Below are positions 47,787 to 59,500 of a DNA stretch of 64,000 nucleotides, piece by piece (positions within the stretch are counted from its first letter, which is position 1; the number at the start of each line of letters is the position of its first letter). The translations under genes were made by a program, and so were the position numbers. Under the pieces are notes generated by a model. It was given only the letters and a program-made list of their open reading frames with translations. It was not told the origin of the DNA and made no database searches. Origin of the DNA: a virus (Duplodnaviria > Heunggongvirae > Uroviricota > Caudoviricetes); IMG/VR virus record IMGVR_UViG_3300046460_000418. One strand, written 5' to 3'.

Positions 47787-50700
47787 TTACCATGTTCTAG
47801 TAACCGTTGCGGACTCAGACTGTAGAATTCCACCATTGGTCGCCGTGTCGTACACGAGCGTCCATGTGGTGCCGTTTGCAGATGAGTAAACCCGAACGTT
47901 TTTGGTCTGGTAAGTCGGGCCAAAATTTTGGGCTTGCGGGAAAACGAACTTCTTGAGAACCACCGGTTCCTTGAAATTCATTACCTGGGAAGTCGGATTG
48001 ACACTGAAGGCTGTCGCAACACCGTTGTTCATATGCAATGCCCCGGTGAAAGTACGAAGCGTCGCATTGTTATGAACATATTCGACGCCATTAGCGTCAT
48101 AGACGTAGAGTTCCCCAGCTGTCGGGCTTGATGCGCCCCATGACTGGTAGAAGTCAACCCTCCAGTACGTATTTGGAGCCGATCCTTTGGTCACAACCAG
48201 AGTGTAGTTGTTGGCCGCGACGATTTTATCCTGGCCGTCGTTATACGTGGCGGTCAGCGACAGCGGGAAGCTCTGCTGCGTACCGGAAGGAAGGTTGACA
48301 TAGCCACTGAGGACGCCTTGCAGGAACGTTAGGCCGTCCGTCTGGTCGATGGTCCAGGTAACTTCGTTGTCTGCAATGTTTGTCTTGGTCGTCAGTGAGT
48401 TGAAGTCGAAGTTGTACTTCGCAACCGTCGATGCACCCGGGATCGAACCTGCGTCAAGCGTCAATACCAGAGGGATTTTCGCAATCGAAAGGGTGTAAGT
48501 CTTCGTCATGGTCTTGCCGTGACCAGTTGCGGTCACGTTGAACGCGAAATCTCCCCAGCGGGTTGGAGTGCCAGAGAGAACCCCCGTTGCCGAAAGTGTC
48601 AGGCCACCTGGCAAAGGCGTGCCGTCTGTTTTCGCGTTGATCCATGTGAAGGCAACCTCAGAACTATCCATGCCAGACAAAGTCAGCAGGTTCCTGAAGT
48701 CGTAGCTGTAGGGCGCAAGCTTTTTAGTACCGGCGGGCAGCTTCGCGTCCGCTAGTTTGAGGAAGTATGCGCCGGGCTGTGAACGAATGGTAATTGGGTT
48801 GGAATGTCCCGTATCGTTCAAGCTGTCCGTGCTCGTAACCACGAATGGGCCGAAGTCGCCGATGTCCTGGGGGGTGCCCTCAAACTGGCCGGTCGAAGTA
48901 TTGAAAGACACGCCTTCTGGCAAGCGTGATGGATCAATCGGGTCCCATGGCGAGGTGCCCACGGCATAGCTTCTGGTTACCACAACAGGGGTCATGAGTT
49001 GCTGAGCTGGGATGACGGCCAAGGTCGGACCGGTCAGCACCATTTTTGGAAGGACTTGTACACGCAGCGGTCGGGATGTAACGCGCAGCGTTTGGTCGTC
49101 GGTGATAGAGATATTGTAGGTCTCATCCATGAACGTGCTGAACGATCCCGTCAACACGCCGGTATTCGGATCGACCTTCAAGTTGGTTCCCCCGAGGTCA
49201 AGAGAATAAAAGGTCTGTTGGCCGAGCGTGTTGCCAAAGACAGGCGCAGCAGAGGCGAATTGCGTTCCGGCCTTGGTCAAGATATCGGTGACCGAAAGCG
49301 TGATCGGATCGTTGTTCATATAAACTGTGAAGTTGATCGGACCCAAGGAAATCGATCCGGGCAGATCATCTGTCGCAGTAATTGTGACGGGTCCAAAAGC
49401 CCCGATCTGGTTCGGCTTGCCGGTAAACTGACCGGTTGTCGTATCGAACGTCAGGCCCGCAGGTAGGTTTGCCGCGCCGGATATCGACCATGCTGCTGTC
49501 GCGTGATTGTTACTCAGACCGGGCTGCGCATGCGCGATGTCGCTGAAGCTACGATTGTAGGTCAGGTCGCTCAGTAACGGGAAATCGAGCGTCATCGCCG
49601 GGACGGCTTTCAACGTCACAGTCTGTGAGGCAGACCTGTCTGCAGTGTCCTTTACAGTGATCGTTGCAGTGACCGTTTGGGTTCGTGTCGCCGGGCCAGA
49701 AATCACTCCGGTTGTCGGATTGATCGTGAAGCCGGAGCCGTCAAGCCCAGTCGCTGACCAAGTTGGGGTCCCGACGATTGGAGCCGCACTCGGAACGTCT
49801 GTCTTCAGCGTGTACCCGACACGGGTTGTCGCATCCTTTGCTGTCAGGGTGATCGGAGTGGAGTCTGAAATGACATTGATGGCAATCGTCTGCGTGACGG
49901 ACGGTGTCGTTACACCCTTGAAGGTGTCATAAACCTTAAAGACGAGGTTGGGATAGGCTTTGAATGTCGTTGGTGTTCCAACGAATGAACCGGTGTCTTG
50001 CTTGAACTGCAGACCGTCGGGGATATTACCAGAAATCAACTCCCAGCTAGGTGTGCCAAATACATGATCTGCAGACAAAGCCTGAGGATATTGATGCCCT
50101 AGCAACGCGTAAAGCGTGCCTGACGTCGTTATCACAGGTGCCAGACGGTCATTAACCGTCATGATCACCTGGTGATCCTGGTGATCATATTGATCCGTGA
50201 CTGTAAACGTATAGAGCTTATTGCTCATCATCGCAGATGGAGTGCCGTCGATCCTGCCGGTAACGGGATCAAGGACAATGCCGTCGGGGAGTGCAGGTGC
50301 AACCGAGAAACGATATTCGCCGACATGACCTGATTCGGAAAGATTGAAGTAGCCAGGCGCGTACAAATTAAAGGAGAACGTCGACGGTCCGTCGAGCGTC
50401 AAAGGATCACGAGCGGCAACAGACAAATGAATGTCAGTGGAGCCTTCGCCGAGGCTGCCTCCCTTATGGTCAGTCGCGGTGATGTGATAAGTCTGATCAA
50501 CAGCCGCCACTTGGGGCGTACCGGTTATTTCACCGGTCGTCAGGTCGAAATATAGCCCCTCCGGTAGCTGTGGGCTGATACTCCAATCAACCGCCGCAAT
50601 ATCTCCAGCCATTGTAGCGGACTGAACACTTCCTGCTGGCGTATATTGCTTGCCAATGATTGGCTGACCAGAAGTTAGGGTCAGCTGTTTGCGAGCCTCG

Positions 50701-53700
50701 ACATTGATGGACAGCGTCGCGTTTGCGCTTCCGAGTACACCGCCCTTGGTGTCAGCTAGGGGAATGACGAAAGAACCACTGAGCGGCACATCGAGACGGC
50801 CCACAACGCTTTCTGTTGCGGGATCGAAGCGCAATCCATCTGGCAGCGGCGGCGTCGACGCACCAAACGTTACAGGGCCCATATTGCCCGCGTAGCTGAT
50901 TTTGGCGTTAATCGATGTGAACTGTTTGATGTTCACAGCGGCGACCTGGGCGGTCAGCGGGTCCCGCTTTTCGATAGCAACTATGATTGGGTCACTGTCG
51001 TCGAAGGTGGAGTCATAGGCGTCAGTCGCGCGAATGATCACCCCATTCACTGTGGCGTAGTCTGTTGCTTCATCCTTTTTAGCGCTGAGTGCACCGGTAT
51101 CGTGGTCGAGCGTCACTCCCTTTGGAAGGGCAGCTGAGCCAGGAGCAAGTGAATAGGAAATCGCCCCGATCTCATTGAGGGTGGTCGTTGCAACGGTGTT
51201 TTCCTGATACTGTTTGAAAGTGGCCGTTTCCGGTGCTTTCAATTCAAGAGCGCCGACCATGTCAAACGCAAATGATGCGGTGGCCTCGCGATCCAGATAG
51301 TCCACTGCCTTAACGGAAACGACGTACCTGCCAGTGTCGGCAAACGCGCCAGTGAGAACGCCTGTTGTTGAGTTCAGGAAGATATTGTCCGGGTAGGTCT
51401 CGGACCCATCCGCAAAGCTATAGGTGACCGGTGCAACCGTATTGGTGGGCACCAGCGAATAGCTTTTGGAAATCGCACCGATGCGGGCACGGAACGTTTT
51501 GGCGCTAAACGCGACATTACCAGGAGGGCTGATCTTGACTGTAAAGCAGTGCGTCTTTGGATCGTCGGGGTTTTCGCTGTCGGTACCACGAACGCAAACA
51601 TTCGGGATGAGCGCAGTCTCGGTAGGTGTTCCAGTAAAAGCACCTGTCGTCGCGTTGAAAGAGAAATCCGTCGGCAGATTGCCACTCAGCAATTCCCATT
51701 TGGTCGATCCAAGTGGGTTGGTCAGTTTTGCCGTGACATTCCAGTTTGTGCCCGTAGTGACCCAAATGACATCATTCGTTCCGTCATTGTATGCGAAATC
51801 AAATGGCAGCGGTGGCTCGACAGTCATCGTGAACGCAGGACTTGTGCCCCGGACGTCAGAAGTCTTGTCGGTCACGTAAACGGTGGCTGTGAAATCTCCC
51901 TGAAGCGTCGGTGTGCCATAGATATAACCGGTCTTCTCTTTGAACTGCATTCCGGCGGGCAATTGCGATCCCTGGCCGAGTCGATAGGAAAACGGTGCGA
52001 CACCGTTGGTGCGGACCGGCTTTACTTCCGCATATGTGCCACGGTTGAGGTGATAAACGCTTTCGGCTGTGACCCCCATCTCCGGCTGGATGACGAGCGT
52101 AATGGTACCGGCGACAGCAGGCCGATCCGTGTCATCCTTGATCTGGTATGGAATTGCGTAGGTACCAGGCTCGGCGATCTTGCCCTCAAGTTTCAAGCCA
52201 TTCGTGGTCAGTCCGTGTGTATCGCCATTGAGTGTGTACGAAACAGTGCCATAGGCATTCGCGAGTTCAGGAAGCTTGAAATCCTTGAAGGGGATGTCCT
52301 CGGCCCAAGTGTAGGTCACGTTTAGGGAACCCGTGAGAGGCTTCAGATCGCTTGGCTTGACGACAGTAATGTCGAACTCGTCACTTTCATCCTCGTATGG
52401 AGCGCCATCGGCGTCGGTTGCTGTGACCTTGAGGCCTGAATAGACAGTGCCAATGGGATCAGTGGTTGAACCGGACAAGATGCCCCTGTTCCAAAAGCCA
52501 GCTACCTTCAGGCCGTCAGGCAGCTTTCCAGCTGTCAGGCGATATGACGCAACGTTATGAAGTGCATTGGTCGCTGATGCGATATCCTGCAGTCCCGTCG
52601 TTACATATTGCTCCAGAGTGACATGCGCAGGAGCTGTCACAACGATCTTTTCACGATCAACAACGTCGACGTAGAAATCGGCAGATTTCATCGGTGTGGG
52701 GGTCATATCATCGCTAATAGAAACGTTGAATGGTCCATACTTTCCCACAACAACCGTCATCTCCGGGAAGATGGTAATCCGACCATTCTTGTCCATCGAC
52801 ATAAAGTCAGGCAGCGGCGATCCAACAACGGCGAATTTCAAGTCACCACGCACATCATCTGGGTTGTAATCTGGGAAGATTTGCTTGTAGTCATGGCGTT
52901 TCAGTGTCAGGTCCTGATACGTCAGTGCCAGATCACCGAGAACAATAACCTGCTGCGCCTTCTGAAAGGAATCCTCACCGGTCTTGGAGGCTGTGATCGT
53001 GAAATTGTACGTGCCAGCCTCGGCGATACCGGTCGCCGTCGAGATAATGGCACCTGCACTTTTCAGATCACCAGGAAGGGGATCGGTAACCGTATACGCG
53101 ACACCAGACAGCACCTTTTCCGACTTTACGCCGCTGGTCGTAAACGGGGTATTGACGCGGACAGTGATGGGGTTCGTCGTAAATGCGAGCGCGGCCGAAG
53201 GTTTGGTTGACGGAAGCGTCGTTAATCTGAATGTAGCAGTCCTTCCGGTCGTGCCATCATAGCTGTCTCTGGCCTCGACATAAAACTCTTCGGAAATATT
53301 GAAGTCATCAAAGACCTTCGAAAGTGTTCCGCTGTCTGATGCGAATCCAAGGCCACCATGTCGTGTTGTAACGGGAACAAGCCGGTAGGTGACGACTCCG
53401 AGATTGCGGCCAATCGTCGGCGCACCCTTGAAGGTCTCGTTCTTTTCCTTGTCGACGGTTTGACTATCAATGCCTGCCGAAAAGACAGGGCCATCCTCCA
53501 CAAGGAAATTACCCGAGGCTGTCGCGATAGGGCGGTGCAGGTAATCATATCCAATCCAGCCGAGGCCATAGGTCCCAGCTAGTGTTGGATTACCATCGAA
53601 AGCGTCACTACGGGTTGCCATTCCATCAGGATTGGCGAGTCCATCCATCGGCTCCCAGCTCTGGACGGTGATCCCATCTGCGACAGGAACCTGGGAGTAG

Positions 53701-54152
53701 AAATAAGTCCCAGTATGAGCGTACCAATCAACTTCCTGGTTCTCGCCAATCGGTTCAAAAGTCACAATATTAATCTGCGCCCGGGCAATTTTGTGACCGG
53801 AAGCATCGAAGCCAATATAAACGGCTGTCGTTTTTTCGGCAACGTCCGGATCACCTACGACCTTGCCGCTCGAAACGCTTAGACCATCTGGAAGCTCACC
53901 CGTATCCCTGATCCAGCTGATAACATCGTGGGTTGCGACCGGTATTTGCCGTGTGAAACCCTTGTTGATCGGGGCCACGAAATAGGCGCGGATGTCATTT
54001 CCTTTACCAAAGACCGGCTGCTCGGTCGGAGGTGTTGTCGGAGCATCATAGCTTGGAAACTTGTATCGGAACACAAACTGATTCGTTGCCGCCATCGCCG
54101 GGGTAAGCGAGAGGGACAGTGCGACTGCGACCGACAAAATCTTCTTAAACAT
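47787..54152 (-). CDS. Giant secreted repetitive protein, paralog C (2121 aa): signal peptide, conserved N-terminal module, He_PIG-like repeats, C-terminal discoidin-like domain
   Basis: AGGAA RBS. N-terminus MFKKILSVAVALSLSLTPAMA. N-terminal module parallels gene B ('YFVAPINKGFTRQIPVATHDV' vs 'YFVAPVGYDFSREVPVATRDV'). Repeats with 'LPDGLKV...GILSGSTT', 'LPAGMQFKEKTGYIYGTPT'. C-terminus '...TYWRVDFYQSW...KNVRVYSSANGTTWTLVYD'. Confidence 0.9.
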   Translation of the reverse strand: MFKKILSVAVALSLSLTPAMAATNQFVFRYKFPSYDAPTTPPTEQPVFGKGNDIRAYFVAPINKGFTRQIPVATHDVISWIRDTGELPDGLSVSSGKVVGDPDVAEKTTAVYIGFDASGHKIARAQINIVTFEPIGENQEVDWYAHTGTYFYSQVPVADGITVQSWEPMDGLANPDGMATRSDAFDGNPTLAGTYGLGWIGYDYLHRPIATASGNFLVEDGPVFSAGIDSQTVDKEKNETFKGAPTIGRNLGVVTYRLVPVTTRHGGLGFASDSGTLSKVFDDFNISEEFYVEARDSYDGTTGRTATFRLTTLPSTKPSAALAFTTNPITVRVNTPFTTSGVKSEKVLSGVAYTVTDPLPGDLKSAGAIISTATGIAEAGTYNFTITASKTGEDSFQKAQQVIVLGDLALTYQDLTLKRHDYKQIFPDYNPDDVRGDLKFAVVGSPLPDFMSMDKNGRITIFPEMTVVVGKYGPFNVSISDDMTPTPMKSADFYVDVVDREKIVVTAPAHVTLEQYVTTGLQDIASATNALHNVASYRLTAGKLPDGLKVAGFWNRGILSGSTTDPIGTVYSGLKVTATDADGAPYEDESDEFDITVVKPSDLKPLTGSLNVTYTWAEDIPFKDFKLPELANAYGTVSYTLNGDTHGLTTNGLKLEGKIAEPGTYAIPYQIKDDTDRPAVAGTITLVIQPEMGVTAESVYHLNRGTYAEVKPVRTNGVAPFSYRLGQGSQLPAGMQFKEKTGYIYGTPTLQGDFTATVYVTDKTSDVRGTSPAFTMTVEPPLPFDFAYNDGTNDVIWVTTGTNWNVTAKLTNPLGSTKWELLSGNLPTDFSFNATTGAFTGTPTETALIPNVCVRGTDSENPDDPKTHCFTVKISPPGNVAFSAKTFRARIGAISKSYSLVPTNTVAPVTYSFADGSETYPDNIFLNSTTGVLTGAFADTGRYVVSVKAVDYLDREATASFAFDMVGALELKAPETATFKQYQENTVATTTLNEIGAISYSLAPGSAALPKGVTLDHDTGALSAKKDEATDYATVNGVIIRATDAYDSTFDDSDPIIVAIEKRDPLTAQVAAVNIKQFTSINAKISYAGNMGPVTFGASTPPLPDGLRFDPATESVVGRLDVPLSGSFVIPLADTKGGVLGSANATLSINVEARKQLTLTSGQPIIGKQYTPAGSVQSATMAGDIAAVDWSISPQLPEGLYFDLTTGEITGTPQVAAVDQTYHITATDHKGGSLGEGSTDIHLSVAARDPLTLDGPSTFSFNLYAPGYFNLSESGHVGEYRFSVAPALPDGIVLDPVTGRIDGTPSAMMSNKLYTFTVTDQYDHQDHQVIMTVNDRLAPVITTSGTLYALLGHQYPQALSADHVFGTPSWELISGNIPDGLQFKQDTGSFVGTPTTFKAYPNLVFKVYDTFKGVTTPSVTQTIAINVISDSTPITLTAKDATTRVGYTLKTDVPSAAPIVGTPTWSATGLDGSGFTINPTTGVISGPATRTQTVTATITVKDTADRSASQTVTLKAVPAMTLDFPLLSDLTYNRSFSDIAHAQPGLSNNHATAAWSISGAANLPAGLTFDTTTGQFTGKPNQIGAFGPVTITATDDLPGSISLGPINFTVYMNNDPITLSVTDILTKAGTQFASAAPVFGNTLGQQTFYSLDLGGTNLKVDPNTGVLTGSFSTFMDETYNISITDDQTLRVTSRPLRVQVLPKMVLTGPTLAVIPAQQLMTPVVVTRSYAVGTSPWDPIDPSRLPEGVSFNTSTGQFEGTPQDIGDFGPFVVTSTDSLNDTGHSNPITIRSQPGAYFLKLADAKLPAGTKKLAPYSYDFRNLLTLSGMDSSEVAFTWINAKTDGTPLPGGLTLSATGVLSGTPTRWGDFAFNVTATGHGKTMTKTYTLSIAKIPLVLTLDAGSIPGASTVAKYNFDFNSLTTKTNIADNEVTWTIDQTDGLTFLQGVLSGYVNLPSGTQQSFPLSLTATYNDGQDKIVAANNYTLVVTKGSAPNTYWRVDFYQSWGASSPTAGELYVYDANGVEYVHNNATLRTFTGALHMNNGVATAFSVNPTSQVMNFKEPVVLKKFVFPQAQNFGPTYQTKNVRVYSSANGTTWTLVYDTATNGGILQSESATVTRTW

Positions 54153-54599
54153 TAGAGTTCCTAGCAGCGGAAAGCTTATATGAGATAATTCATCTATGGC
54201 GTGACAGTTGCAAGGGATTGCGGCACCTTTTCAAGGAAATCTACAATATCGGACGAACGTCTCTCGCAATCTTCCGCCTGGGCTCACAAGGTTAGCCGCT
54301 TTCCTACGCAACCGGCGGCGTTGCACACTTGCAGTCGTCAACTGCAATATCCGTGATTCTTCCTTGTCGCAATGCTGGACGGTACGGAATTACAAGGTAT
54401 CATTCCGGCCACGACTCCGAATTGCTTGTGAATCGACCCTCGACAGCTATCCAGGATTTCGTTCAGCGCCCGTGCAATCCAGCCTCTCTGATCGAGGCTG
54501 GTGTGGTTCTCTGAGAAATCAAAGAGCGTTGGCGGTCAAACCGGTCTTCAATCCCTAAAGCTTGGGTATACATTAACCACCGTGACCTTATAAAAAATC

Positions 54600-55488
54600 A
54601 TGACCTACTCATCCGTTGCGATTGGCGGGCAATTGTTCTACATAGCCCGAATGAGAAATGCACCGTCGCAAACATTTGTATCACATGAATTCGAAGTCAT
54701 GACGTCGTGTGGCATCGTACGCGGCACCGACACAAAATACGGCTCCAAGACAATCCTGTTTCTGCATGGAAACAGTTTCGGACGATCCGTATTCGACAAG
54801 CAATTCGAGAGCGTTCTGGCGACGCACTATCGCCTTGTTTCCATTGATCTTCCAGGGCATGGTCAATCTGACAACCTTGATCATGGAGAATATAGTCTCT
54901 CCGAAATGACCAAGGTTGTCTTGGAAAGTAGCTAATGAATTAAGTCTAGGACGATTCGCTATTGTCGGGTGGTCTTTAGGCGGTCACATTGCGTTGGAAT
55001 TGGCGGCGGTATCGGGCGACGTGTCTGCGCTACTTCTTTGTGGAACAGCGCCCATGCATCGCGGTACGCACCATGCCTTGATAGCACATAAGCTGAGCCG
55101 GACTATCCTACTGGCGAGTCGAAAAAAATTGAACACTGCCCAACGAAAACGTTTTGTCGATGCTTGCTTTCCTGGAAACTACAACGACACTTGGCTCGAT
55201 TACGTCGCCAGGGCTGACCCCCGCGTCCGAAAGGAAATGACCAAAAGCATCCTCAAAGGTAAGGGAACAAACCAGCGAGATTTCATTGAGAGCACTTCAA
55301 TGCCGGTGTGTGTTGTAAATGGCAGTGATGAGCCATTTATTAGGCTGAGCTACTTGAACAGACTTAAAATACGCAATCTCTACCAGGGCAGGGCACTCCA
55401 GATCGAGGGCGGCGGACACACACCGTTTCAGAGTCATTCAGACGAGTTTAACAATATCGTTCACAATTTCATGAGAAGCACGCTCTAG
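54600..55488 (+). pseudogene. Alpha/beta-hydrolase-fold gene split by a frameshift near 54910-54935
   Basis: ORF 54600-54935 carries 'ILFLHGNSFG...LPGHGQSD'. ORF 54916-55488, in another frame, carries 'IVGWSLGGHIA' (GxSxG nucleophile) and the C-terminal 'GGGHTPF' His region. The two frames must be joined within about 25 nt. Confidence 0.6.
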
Positions 55489-55688
55489 CAGCAGCTATCG
55501 CCAGCACCCTTGCCGAGCCCTCATAGGATTGCCCCGGTCGACAGCAACTGCGGTTGCATCGACTAGGTATCTCGGCAGGCAAATCGCAAAATCGAACGCG
55601 TAGGGACAAAGAACCGGCCTTCAGGCTGTGAAGGCCGGTAGACTGGATGTTCCTAATTCTATCCTATCCCGAGAGGCGAAACACCGTT

Positions 55689-56438
55689 TCAGTTCTCTCT
55701 CAATGGACCCGCCGAATTCACGCCTGTCGGTTTCTGCCATTCCATGACATGAAAGCAAGGAACTCGTTCAAAGAGCGCGGCAGCAGGGATATCTCGTGCC
55801 GCAGCGATTGGAAGCGGCTCCTCGAAGTGACGGAGTATCATGCCCTGCTTCAACAATAATTCAACGTACGCACTAAACGGCCGATGCCAATTTGTCACTT
55901 CAACGCCACCCCAGCCGACCCATTCCTCCCGCTCTTCCATATAACGGTCGATCAGGAATTGATCTTCTCCTGCAGCGTTTTTCGTCCAACCGTGGGGCAT
56001 TGAAGCTGTATGGAAACTGTTGAGGTTTGCGATGAGAAGCGTCCCGCCAGGGGCAAGGACACGACACATCTCCGAGATACCTTTGGCAATGTCTGGAATA
56101 TCAATGAATGTCAGATAACTGATGACCAGATCAAAAGTCCCATCTGCAAATGCGATATCCTCCGCCTTACCCAACCGGTAATCCCCTTGAGGGTCAAGGT
56201 CTCTGGCGTGCTCAATCAATGAAGCAATTGGATCGATACCGATGACCTGCCGCCCAGGCTTGGAAAGCTGGCGGCAAAATCGTCCTTCGCCGCAGCCAAC
56301 ATCAAGCACTTTTTGAAAGTCCTTGTCACTGATCCGTCTCAGCATCGGCTGGTCAAGAACGTGCTGCCGCCCGAATTCCCCCACCTCGTTGACCAGCGTA
56401 ATCCACGCATCAGCAGAAACGGCCCACCCTTTGGACAT
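55689..56438 (-). CDS. Class I SAM-dependent methyltransferase (~249 aa)
   Basis: GAGGT RBS 7 nt before the ATG at 56438 (MSKGWAVSADAW...). Motif I 'VLDVGCGEGRF', post-I acidic 'GIDPIASL', motif 'LAPGGTLLI'. Confidence 0.75.
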   Translation of the reverse strand: MSKGWAVSADAWITLVNEVGEFGRQHVLDQPMLRRISDKDFQKVLDVGCGEGRFCRQLSKPGRQVIGIDPIASLIEHARDLDPQGDYRLGKAEDIAFADGTFDLVISYLTFIDIPDIAKGISEMCRVLAPGGTLLIANLNSFHTASMPHGWTKNAAGEDQFLIDRYMEEREEWVGWGGVEVTNWHRPFSAYVELLLKQGMILRHFEEPLPIAAARDIPAAALFERVPCFHVMEWQKPTGVNSAGPLREN

Positions 56439-56516
56439 GTATAACCTCATTTTTCAATTTGAGGTTATATAAAGCAAAATCGTCAAGGTCCAAAGGCCTG
56501 CTGAGTAAAAGCCGAG

Positions 56517-56551
56517 AAAAATGCTGCCAGCGATGAGCTGACAGCATTTTT
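56517..56551 (-). terminator. Rho-independent terminator 3' of giant gene D (AAAATGCTGTCAGC...GCTGGCAGCATTTT + TTTTCTC)
   Basis: Imperfect 13-bp stem with T-tracts on both strands, 4 nt after the stop at 56555. Confidence 0.6.
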
Positions 56552-56554
56552 TCA

Positions 56555-59500
56555 TTAGGGCGTTGCTGTCAGCGTGTATGATGTCGTTGCCGTTATGCCA
56601 TCTTTGCTATCGGTAACCGTTACTGTGACCGGGAAGGTTGTGCCCCCCGTGACCGATGCCGGAATAGTCCCCGAAATCGACCCCGTCGCCGAGTTGAAAG
56701 TCATCCCCGTGGGCAGGCCGGTTACAACGTAGCTGGCCGTCCCGTAGACGTTTGCGGATGAGGGCACGTTGATGTTCGTGTACACAGTCCCAATCTTCGG
56801 CGACAACGTCTTCGTCGGGATGGATGTGGTCAGACCCCAGAGGCTTTCAATATAGGCATTGAAATTTATGCTTCCTCTGCTGTCGGAAATGACGGCCGTA
56901 TTCAACCAGCCGCCTGCGGGCTGGCCGGTGATCACCGCACTCCCATTTTGCGGGCCGGTCTGGTAGTAGGACCCGGTCGAGGAGTCGATATTGCCGCCCT
57001 GGCCGGGATACTTTGCGAAGGTGACCGTTCCGACCCCATTGTAGACAACGATAGGGTCGGTGGCCCAGGCGCGGTCGACACGAACTGCGTAGTAGGTTTT
57101 CTGACCGGCCGCGACCTGAAGTACACCGGCCACCGATGTCAGTGTGTAGGTGACGGACTTCGAACTACCATCATAGCTGTCGGTAACGGTGACGGTAACC
57201 GGGTAGGTCTGCCCTACAGGTGTTCCGAGGGCCAGTTTCCCGGAAATTGACCCGCTTGCGTTTATAGCAAAGCCCGGGGGCAGACCAGTTGCGGCATACG
57301 AGGCGGTACCGACGACGTTTGTCGTGGTCGGCGTGTTGATCGAGGTGTAAGTCGTCCCGATCCCGAGCGACGTCGTCGGTGACGGGACAGACATTGTCAT
57401 GGCAGCATTGATGGTCACCGCGACGGTGAACGTCCCGGTTCTTCCCATCGAGTCACGGGCAGTGATGGTCACCGTGTTCGTGCCCGTGACGGTATAGGGA
57501 CCGCTGAGGACGCCGGTTGCGCCATTGAATGATCCTCCAGGGGCGAGGGCGCTATTAGTATAGGTGACACCTCCGACGGTATTGTCGAACAGAGGCGCGA
57601 CTGTCGAGAACGCGGCACCGAGGCGGGTCCTATAAGCGGTCTGCTGTCCCGCTTTCGCTGTAATTGGCCCCAACAAGGCCGTCAGCGTATAGCTTGCGGT
57701 TTTGGTCGACCCATCATAGCTGTCCGTCACGGTCACCACGACCGGGAACGTTGTTCCGCCCGCATAGGATGACGGAACGGTGCCGGATATCGCCCCCGTG
57801 GTCGGGCTGATCGTCATTCCCGCTGGCAGGCCGGTGGCCGTATATGATGCGATACCGACAAGCGACGTGACCGTCGGCGTATTAATGTTCGTATAGGCCT
57901 GGCCCATGTTCAGGGAGGTCGTCGGCGAACTGACTGCAAGCGCCAGAACAGGGTTGATGGTGACCGCGACGACGAACGTCCCGGTTCTTCCCGTCGAGTC
58001 AGTAGCCGTAATGGTTACCGTGTTCGTGCCGGAAATAGTATAGGGGCCGGTGATAACGCCTGTCGCGGAGTTGAAAGTACCTCCTGACGTCAAGGCGCTT
58101 GACGTGTAGGTGACACCTCCGATGGTGTTGTAGAACAGAGGCGCGGAGGTCGAGAACGCTGCACCGAGACGGGTATTGTAAGTGGTCTGTTGTCCCGATG
58201 TCGCCGTGATCGGACCGTTTGAGACCGTCAGCGAATAGGAGACGGTTGCCGTCGTAGCGTTCACTTCATAGGTGTCGGTGACCGTCACGGTTATCGGCAC
58301 GCTTACTGGCCCGGAATAACCGGCCGGGATGGTTCCCGAGATCGAGCCGGTTGTCGGACTTACTTGCAGACCCGCTGGCAGACCCGCTGCGGTATAGGAC
58401 AGGGTTCCGTACCTCCCGGTGACGCTCGGAACGTTAGCATCTGTCACCGCCGTGCCTATCACGACCGCAAGCGTGCCGGAAGGTACGGTTACGGTCAGAG
58501 GCGACATGTCGAAGTTGAACTGGGTGATGCTTCCGGTCCGACCAAATTCGTCTGTGACCTTGGTCGTGGCGGGCCAGCCGCCCGCAGGTTGGCCCGCCAG
58601 GGCGCTCGCACCCTCTGGACCGTCTGTATAGACACCAGTCACTCCGTCGAACGTGGAGGTCACGCCTGACTGCGGGGTGTAGGTCTTGTTGCCGATGAGG
58701 TTATCCCACAGCAGCGGATTGCTTGAATACCCCTTGTCGATACGGATGTAATACTTTGTCACCTGACCTGCGGTCGGAACGATTGCGTTTGCTGGAGCAA
58801 CACCGAACCAGAATGGGGTGGTGGTCGCCGCGTCGCCGCGCTGTGAGGTGACGGTGATCGTCAGGTCGCGGTAGATGATGGCAGCCGTCGGTGTGCCGGA
58901 GATCGTGCCGGTCGACGGATCGAACGACAGGCCGGTGTCGGCCGTCAGGTTGTGGTTGAGGCTGTAGACGGTGCCTGCGTAGACCCAGGGATTATGGCCA
59001 ACGCTGTCGGTAACTGTCGGCTTGAAGGACGTAGCAGCGACGCCAACGGTGCCGAAGTTCAACTTGTTGTTGGTGATGTTGGAAATGACCGGCAGAGCGG
59101 CGGTGGGATTGACCACGATAGAGAAAGAGTTGGACGCTTCGCTGTCGCCGCTCTGGTCGCTGCCGCTGATCGTCAGTCCGGAATAAGTGCCGGTTGCAGC
59201 CGTTGGCGTGCCGACGATGGCTCCGGAGTTCGGGTCAACAGAAACACCAGCTGGCCAGCTTCCAGCACCCTTAGAGTATGTGGCCGCGCCGATCTTGTAG
59301 CTGACGTCGATTGCCGTGTTGGCTACGGCACCCTGGGTCAGGGTAACGTTGGTCGGAACCAGCAGGCGCAGCAGCGGATAGACCGTAACCTTCATCGGCA
59401 TGGATGTGACGCGGGCCGTCTGGTCACCGACGAACATGTTGAAGGTAGCCTCGGTGGGCGTGGCGACGGAACCGAGAAGTTCGCCAGTCGAGCCGTTGAT

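Noticed and set aside
56560-58510. Regular ~540-bp periodicity could be mistaken for a CRISPR-like or satellite array
   Set aside because: The units are in-frame protein repeats inside an open reading frame (far too long, no short spacer-repeat alternation), so this is an intragenic domain duplication.
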